DNA of 32,000 nt, from contig NZ_CP045650.1 of the NCBI RefSeq assembly GCF_009557235.1, forward strand, positions 1,590,001 to 1,622,000, written 5' to 3'. Positions within the stretch are counted from its first letter, which is position 1; every line of letters starts with the position of its first letter. The notes under the pieces were generated by a model. That model saw only the letters and a program-made list of their open reading frames with translations, did not search any database and had not been told where the DNA came from. A program made the translations under genes and the position numbers. This document shows, one piece after another, positions 26,334 to 32,000 of the stretch. The DNA comes from Acinetobacter wanghuae. Its GTDB lineage: Bacteria > Pseudomonadota > Gammaproteobacteria > Pseudomonadales > Moraxellaceae.

Positions 26334-27485
26334 TTACTCTGTATCGCTTTTGGCAAGCTTTTCAATCAGCTTATGTTCAGAATTGAGATATTCATCAGAC
26401 TGCATCTCTAGAAGACGTGAACGCGTGCGTTCAATTTCAAAGGCTAATTTTTCACCTTTATAAATATCAATAATATTATCCTCTGAGGTCAACAGTAGTT
26501 TTACGCCACGGTCATAAAATTCATCGACCAAATAAATAAAGCGTCGTGTGCCATCGTTAATATAATCGGTTAAGTGCGGCACATTGCTGACCAAGACCGT
26601 ATTATAAATATTTGCGATCTCAATAAAATCTGCAGGACTGCGAGGTTTTAAGCACAGTTCTGAAAATTCACACCATAAAACATCTTCTGTATGTGAAACC
26701 GTTTCAACAATACGATTATTAATGATAATGGGTTCTTGAGATTGGGTTTGACTCATGGTCAATGCGCTATAACGCTCTGCCATCCAATTCTTATGTTCAT
26801 GCGTCAGTGGGAACTTAAACAATTGTGCTTGCTTTAAGACACGTAGACGATAATCCACACCCGCATCCACATTTAAAATAGTGCAGTTTTGTTTCACCAA
26901 TTCAATCGTTGGCAAAAAACGATCGCGATGAATGCCATTTTTATATAAACCATCTGGCGCGATATTGGATGTTGCAATTAACGTAATGCCGCGTTCAAAC
27001 AATTTTTGAAATAAATCACTTAAGATCATCGCATCGGTGACATTCGATACAAAAAACTCATCGAAACAGATCACCACGGCTTCTTTATAAATCTGATCTG
27101 CAACCATATCCAAAGGATTACGCTGACCCGAGAGCTTATTCAATTGTTTATGCACATGCTGCATAAAGTGATGAAAATGCATCCGAGTCTTACGACGAAA
27201 TGGAATAGAATCGTAAAACTGATCCATTAACCATGTTTTACCACGACCAACACCGCCCCACATATACACACCTTGTGGCGCAGTTTGACGACGGAAACGA
27301 CGAAAGGCTTTCTTAGACGCTTTAAATCGTTGAATGAGTTCTACCCAAACACGGTTTAACTCTTGCACTGCAATCGCTTGCGCTTCATCTGGCATAAACT
27401 GACCTGATGACAATGCTTGTGCATAACGATCTGCCGGTGATAAAGGATTAAAAGCTGTACTGTGCTGTGAATTTAAGTCGGACAT
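26334..27485 (-). CDS. zapE: AFG1-like ATPase / cell-division protein ZapE
   Basis: 383 aa. Walker A GGVGRGKTWLMD, Walker B VICFDEF, and overall AFG1/ZapE length. Confidence 0.85.
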   Translation of the reverse strand: MSDLNSQHSTAFNPLSPADRYAQALSSGQFMPDEAQAIAVQELNRVWVELIQRFKASKKAFRRFRRQTAPQGVYMWGGVGRGKTWLMDQFYDSIPFRRKTRMHFHHFMQHVHKQLNKLSGQRNPLDMVADQIYKEAVVICFDEFFVSNVTDAMILSDLFQKLFERGITLIATSNIAPDGLYKNGIHRDRFLPTIELVKQNCTILNVDAGVDYRLRVLKQAQLFKFPLTHEHKNWMAERYSALTMSQTQSQEPIIINNRIVETVSHTEDVLWCEFSELCLKPRSPADFIEIANIYNTVLVSNVPHLTDYINDGTRRFIYLVDEFYDRGVKLLLTSEDNIIDIYKGEKLAFEIERTRSRLLEMQSDEYLNSEHKLIEKLAKSDTE

Positions 27486-27577
27486 AAGATTGGATACTTT
27501 TCTGGATCAATTTCATTATAGCGAACATTTATGTGCAAACTATAACACTTTGGGTGTACTACATTTTCAAGGTTGAG

Positions 27578-28585
27578 TTATTTAAAATACTGACGCGGAC
27601 TCTGCCCAAACCAACGTTTAAAGGCATGATTAAAAGCCGCAGGTTCCGAATAACCGAGTAATTCTGCAATCATTTCAATCGAATATTGTTTATATTCAAT
27701 CATACGCAGTGCTTTATCTTTAATGATTTCTTCACGGATTTGCTTATAACTGGTGCCCAGTTGTTGTAACTGATGACGCAAAGTACGTTCAGGCACATTC
27801 AAAGCTTGAGCTGTTTCCGCCATGCTTGGCATGAGACCACTTTGTAACTCTAAATAATCATGTACACGTTGCAATAGACTCGGTACATCTTCGTCTTCGT
27901 TTAAGCGCTCTAATTCCGCGATACATTTTTTTTCATAAATAGCAAAAGTAATGCTGTCTGCTGACGGAATTTTGACATTTAAAACAGCTTGATCAAACCA
28001 AAAAGCCGCGCGAGGTGCATCGAATTCAACATGCGTTCCATAATAGTCATGGTATTGTTTTAAATCAGCCGCATTGTCAGGATATTGAAATGGCAATTCA
28101 ATGTTTAACTCAGGTGCAGGCAAGCCCATCATTTTATAAAGGTCACCAATAAACTTAAACGTGCCCGAAATTTCAGATTGTGCCATCAAGACACTCAGCT
28201 CATCGGTTAAATTTTTGGGGGTGTAGCACAATGCAATTTGATGTTGTTTAAACTCGAGGGATAACTCACCCGTTAAATGCGTGAGTTGCTGAAAGCGAAT
28301 CCCTTCATTTAAGGCATGCCGAACAGTTGGACTGGTGACCAAAAGCATGAGTAAAGGTCCATACCCCGCCAAAGCATAATGTTGCCCAACAAATAAACCT
28401 TTGAGTGGCTCAATGCCATCACCGACCACTTTCAGAACATCATGCTCAAGGCTTGGATGAATAATGGAACTCGGATCAAGTGCATCGACGCGCAATCCAA
28501 TGCTTTGTAATTTTTGATCGACATCAATACCGGCTTTACGCATACCTTGAATTAAATAAATAAGACTCAGAATCGATCGCTTCAT
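27578..28585 (-). CDS. AraC-family transcriptional regulator with N-terminal effector-binding-like domain
   Basis: C-terminal dual HTH (ETAQALNVPERTLRHQLQQLGTSYKQI...IAELLGYSEPAAFNHAFKRWFGQSPRQY). Divergent from the monooxygenase gene. Confidence 0.85.
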   Translation of the reverse strand: MKRSILSLIYLIQGMRKAGIDVDQKLQSIGLRVDALDPSSIIHPSLEHDVLKVVGDGIEPLKGLFVGQHYALAGYGPLLMLLVTSPTVRHALNEGIRFQQLTHLTGELSLEFKQHQIALCYTPKNLTDELSVLMAQSEISGTFKFIGDLYKMMGLPAPELNIELPFQYPDNAADLKQYHDYYGTHVEFDAPRAAFWFDQAVLNVKIPSADSITFAIYEKKCIAELERLNEDEDVPSLLQRVHDYLELQSGLMPSMAETAQALNVPERTLRHQLQQLGTSYKQIREEIIKDKALRMIEYKQYSIEMIAELLGYSEPAAFNHAFKRWFGQSPRQYFK

Positions 28586-28726
28586 TACACATTACATTCA
28601 TTATTTTTCAATAGTTGTACTATAAATTTAAGCGAACTACTATTGCCGTTTTGATCAATTTTTGCGTCAGTTCAATCATGTTGAAATCATCACAATTACA
28701 CTAGGCTTAAACGAGACAAAGCTAGG

Positions 28727-30223
28727 ATGGCGAAAATGAATAACAACACATCAAATCATCAACAGACAAAAATTGCCATTATTGGTGCAGGATTTGGCGG
28801 TATTGCCATGGCAATCCGTCTGCAACAACAAGGCATAACGGACTTTATTATTCTTGAAAAAGCCAGTGACTTTGGCGGTACATGGCGTGAAAATCGTTAT
28901 CCTGGTGCTGCATGCGATGTGCAATCACACATGTATTCGCTTTCTTTTGCACCAAAATCGGACTGGTCAAAACGTTATGCCGAAGCACCTGAAATTTTCG
29001 CTTATATTCAGGACTTGGTCAGCCGTTTTAATATTCGTGCATTTACCCGTTTAAATACAGAAGTACACAGTGCACATTATGATGAGCAAAACTGCCAGTG
29101 GCATTTAAATCTGAATGATCAAAATACATTAATTGCACAATATGTCGTTTTTGCATCTGGTCCATTACATGTGCCGCAAATTCCGCATATTAAAGGCATT
29201 GAAAACTTTAAAGGCAAAGTTTTTCATTCCTCACAATGGGATCATGAATATGACTTAAACGGCAAAAATGTGGCATCTATTGGCACGGGTGGCAGCGCGA
29301 TTCAATATATTCCTGAAATTGCGCCTGAGTGCAAACAGCTCTATGTTATGCAACGCACCGCAGCGTGGGTCATTCCGCGTGATGAACGTTTATATCATGC
29401 CGTTGAGAAAAAACTCTTTGCTCAATTTGACTGGTTTAGAAAGCTACACCGGGCACGTTTATACTGGTCAAATGAATCGCGTGTTGTTCCGATTGTAAAA
29501 CCAACAGTGATGAAATATGCACAAAAACTCGGTGAGATGTTTATCAAACATCAAGTCAAAGATCCGAAAATAGCAAAAAAACTGATTCCAAATTACATCA
29601 TGGGCTGTAAACGTATTTTGGTGTCGAATAAATACTTCCCAACGTTTAATCGAAGCAATGTGGAATTGGTTACTGATCAAATTCAAGAGGTCACAGAACA
29701 TAGTATTGTCACGCGTGATGGAAAATCCCGAAAAATTGACTGTTTAATCTACGGTACAGGCTTTATTACCGATCCACGTATTTATTTGAAAAATTTTGAA
29801 TGTGTCGGTTTAAATGGCATACGCTTAAATGATCTTTGGCAGCAAGGCGCAGAAAGTTATTACGGTATAAGCACCAAGCATTTCCCCAACCTGTTCCAAC
29901 TCCTTGGCCCCAATACGGTTCTTGCGCACAATTCCGTGGTGTTTATGATTGAGTCCCAAGTGGACTATATTTTACAAATGATCAAAGCCGTGGATCAGTC
30001 TCATAGTGATGCGATTGTGGTCAAAGCTGATGTACATGATGCATTTAACGATTATGTTCAAAAGATGATGAACAATACCGTGTGGCAATCTGGTTGTGTG
30101 AGTTGGTATCAACAAGATGGTGGTAAAAATTTTGCGCTATGGCCAACGTATACATGGAAATATTGGCTCAACACCAAAACCCTGAATGTCGCTGATTATC
30201 AATTCCTCAGTAAAGTCGCTTAA
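28727..30223 (+). CDS. Class B flavoprotein monooxygenase, type I Baeyer-Villiger monooxygenase-like
   Basis: FAD Rossmann IAIIGAGFGGIA; GGTWRENRYPGAACDVQSHMYSLSF; BVMO fingerprint FKGKVFHSSQWD (FxGxxxHxxxWD); second Rossmann IGTGGSAIQ. An alternative ATG at 28736 has better spacing to AGGA (28724-28727). Confidence 0.85.
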   Translation: MAKMNNNTSNHQQTKIAIIGAGFGGIAMAIRLQQQGITDFIILEKASDFGGTWRENRYPGAACDVQSHMYSLSFAPKSDWSKRYAEAPEIFAYIQDLVSRFNIRAFTRLNTEVHSAHYDEQNCQWHLNLNDQNTLIAQYVVFASGPLHVPQIPHIKGIENFKGKVFHSSQWDHEYDLNGKNVASIGTGGSAIQYIPEIAPECKQLYVMQRTAAWVIPRDERLYHAVEKKLFAQFDWFRKLHRARLYWSNESRVVPIVKPTVMKYAQKLGEMFIKHQVKDPKIAKKLIPNYIMGCKRILVSNKYFPTFNRSNVELVTDQIQEVTEHSIVTRDGKSRKIDCLIYGTGFITDPRIYLKNFECVGLNGIRLNDLWQQGAESYYGISTKHFPNLFQLLGPNTVLAHNSVVFMIESQVDYILQMIKAVDQSHSDAIVVKADVHDAFNDYVQKMMNNTVWQSGCVSWYQQDGGKNFALWPTYTWKYWLNTKTLNVADYQFLSKVA

Positions 30224-30289
30224 GTCGAACTGCATCCTGTCACAAGACGATGGCATAATACTCGGGTTATTTATGGATAGCTTGGTTTT

Positions 30290-31201
30290 ATGCAATCGTT
30301 TTGGCTCATCTTTCAGCTTTTATTCTGTCTTGCATTTGGTTTCATATTTGCAAAGAAATTCCCGAGTGGTCTGCGCAAATGGTGCTTTAAAATACTGCCC
30401 TATTTCAGTTATCTATTGCTCATTACCATTGCTTATGAGTTTTCAGGACTTATTCAAGAGATTCCTCATCCTATTGAAATTTTAACGACCTCTATCAGCA
30501 TTGCTTTTGTGACATCTATCGGGGCATTTATATGTTGCTACCTCTTATTTAAATGGGCAGGTTATTTGCCAACACATGGTCGTGTCTCAAGTGATCTAGT
30601 TTTAAAGTCGCTCATCAATATTAGCTATGCATTTATTGCGCTGGCGCTCGGTTATCTTCTATACATCAGTTTTGAAACAATGCATTTTGATGTCAATGTC
30701 AGCACGTGGCATTTATTGCTGGTGTTTATGCTCCTCATTGGACTCGATCTTGCCTATTCTCCACTTGACCGCTCATGGCTGAATTGGAAAATTTTACTGG
30801 TGCCAGTGGGATGTATTATTGGTTCATTCGTTGGCGTTTTGATTTATTCATTCGTCAATGGCGATCTTAAAATGAAAGACTTGATCATGCTCTCGCAAGG
30901 CTATGGTTTTTATTCAATGAGCGGTATTGTAGTGACCGAACTCAAAAATGCAGAACTTGGTAGCATCGCCCTGATGAATGATTTATTCCGTGAAATCTTT
31001 GCGATTATTTTGATGTATTGCTTAGGTTGGCGTTATCCACGTGCGGCAATTTCAGCTGCGGGAGCAACTGCTATGGATGTAACTTTACCGATGGTTAAAC
31101 AAGCCTGTGGTAATGATTTTATTCCACATGCGATGGTGAGTGGCTTTATTTTATCTGTACTTGCACCCATTGCGGTGAGTATGTTGGCGGTGATTAGCTA
31201 A
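30290..31201 (+). CDS. lysO: LysO (YbjE/DUF340) family lysine exporter
   Basis: The C-terminal half (SQGYGFYSMSGIVVTE, GATAMDVTLPMVKQ, VSGFILSVLAPIAVSML) aligns with E. coli YbjE (ASGFGWYSLSGILLTE, GATSMDFTLPVLQR, VHGFILSLLVPILIAFF) as remembered. Confidence 0.8.
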   Translation: MQSFWLIFQLLFCLAFGFIFAKKFPSGLRKWCFKILPYFSYLLLITIAYEFSGLIQEIPHPIEILTTSISIAFVTSIGAFICCYLLFKWAGYLPTHGRVSSDLVLKSLINISYAFIALALGYLLYISFETMHFDVNVSTWHLLLVFMLLIGLDLAYSPLDRSWLNWKILLVPVGCIIGSFVGVLIYSFVNGDLKMKDLIMLSQGYGFYSMSGIVVTELKNAELGSIALMNDLFREIFAIILMYCLGWRYPRAAISAAGATAMDVTLPMVKQACGNDFIPHAMVSGFILSVLAPIAVSMLAVIS

Positions 31202-31203
31202 AT

Positions 31204-31296
31204 AATCCCTCCCAACCTCCCTTTAATAAAGGGAGGAGAACCATTTTATAATGGGATTATATTCTCTCTCCCTTTGGGAGAGAGTTAGAGAGAGGG
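31204..31296. repeat. Composite REP-like intergenic repeat (second locus)
   Basis: AATCCCTCCCAACCTCCCTTTAATAAAGGGAGG (31204-31236) matches 4409-4441 at 31/33. A small hairpin CCATT-ttat-AATGG lies at 31241-31254. CTCTCTCCC-TTT-GGGAGAGAG (31264-31284) is followed by TTA-GAGAGAGGG (31285-31296). Confidence 0.75.
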
Positions 31297-31299
31297 AAA

Positions 31300-31980
31300 T
31301 TAAAGTGTTGCTAAAATATCTTTTAAGGTCTGACGTGGGTTCTCAGATTTGGTAATTGGACGTCCAATCACCAAATGCGTAGAACCATCAAGCATAGCTT
31401 GTTTTGGTGTCACAATACGTTTTTGATCATCCGCATTAGAACCTTCTGGGCGAATTCCCGGTGTTACGAGCGCAAAGTCAGTACCTAAAGTTTCACGTAG
31501 CATTTTCGCTTCTTGTGCTGAACACACCACACCATCTAGACCGCTTTCTTGGGTCAATTTTGCTAAGCGCTTCACTTGCTCAAACGGCTCGATGTCGAGA
31601 CCTAAATCTTTTAAATCTTCACGCCCCATCGAAGTCAAAACAGTCACTGCGATCAATTGTGTATTGTAATTGCCTGCTTTCAATCGTTCTACACAGGTTT
31701 CCATCATTTTGCGACCGCCTGATGCATGTACATTGACCATCCACACTCCCATATCGGCTGCTGCACATACGGCTTGAGCTGTGGTATTTGGAATATCATG
31801 GAACTTCAGATCAAGGAAAACTTCAAAACCTTTGTCATGTAAGACTTTAACCACACTTGGTCCTTCATGGGTAAAGAGTTCTTTTCCCACTTTGACACGG
31901 CATAACTCAGGGTCTAATTGTTCAGCGATTGTCATTGCGTCATAGTGACTTTTTGCATCTAAGGCAACAATAATACTCAT
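31300..31980 (-). CDS. pyrF: Orotidine-5-prime-phosphate decarboxylase
   Basis: [30 protein letters not shown] (catalytic DxKxxD) and HLVIGRPI. Confidence 0.95.
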   Translation of the reverse strand: MSIIVALDAKSHYDAMTIAEQLDPELCRVKVGKELFTHEGPSVVKVLHDKGFEVFLDLKFHDIPNTTAQAVCAAADMGVWMVNVHASGGRKMMETCVERLKAGNYNTQLIAVTVLTSMGREDLKDLGLDIEPFEQVKRLAKLTQESGLDGVVCSAQEAKMLRETLGTDFALVTPGIRPEGSNADDQKRIVTPKQAMLDGSTHLVIGRPITKSENPRQTLKDILATL

Positions 31981-32000
31981 GGAGAAGACCCTTCAAATTG

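Noticed and set aside
28727-30223. Naming the monooxygenase almA (the long-chain alkane hydroxylase of Acinetobacter).
   Set aside because: Its N-terminal signature GGTWRENRYPGAACD resembles classical type I BVMOs (CHMO/EthA-like). As I remember it, the AlmA-type signature is GGTWDLFRYPGIRSD. Without an alignment I cannot justify the symbol.
30224-30289. Lysine riboswitch upstream of lysO.
   Set aside because: The spacer is only 66 bp, far shorter than an L-box (~180 nt), and shows no conserved helices.
1-32000. CRISPR arrays, IS elements/transposases, integrases, prophage genes, and rRNA/tRNA genes.
   Set aside because: I found no regularly spaced direct repeats, no terminal inverted repeats flanking a transposase-like ORF, and no tRNA cloverleaf or rRNA-like conserved segments on either strand.

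Overview
The window looks like chromosomal DNA from an Acinetobacter-like gammaproteobacterium. This is an inference from the AT-rich sequence, an aceI/aceR-type PACE efflux pair and G/C-rich REP-like hairpin repeats in intergenic DNA. I call 28 protein-coding genes, most of them housekeeping or metabolic: dnaX (5-prime part), an NlpE-like lipoprotein, a serine hydrolase, a FabG4/HtdX/thiolase-like acyl-CoA cluster, a CPBP protease, aceI-aceR, transaldolase, leuE, an esterase, two tandem usp genes, pepN, marR, an SRAP peptidase, an aldehyde dehydrogenase, glcB, zapE, an AraC regulator divergent from a Baeyer-Villiger-type monooxygenase, lysO and pyrF. I saw no rRNA, tRNA, CRISPR array, IS element, integrase or phage gene. 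Four things are not explained by ordinary annotation. (1) At 17.2-21.0 kb, three ORFs of unrecognised family (85 aa, a 386 aa protein with zinc ribbons at both ends, and 243-254 aa) lie next to a ~1.1 kb AT-rich tract with no credible ORF. This is my best candidate for an undescribed system, but I cannot assign a function from sequence alone. (2) Two composite REP-like repeat loci share one structural pattern, and one of them sits between the fabG4-like and htdX-like genes. (3) A 74-codon Ser/Thr/Lys/Pro-rich open extension precedes the thiolase core. (4) Several perfect palindromes lie in divergent or regulatory intergenic regions. All functional calls rest on motifs read from the translations and on remembered family knowledge. 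No database search was run.
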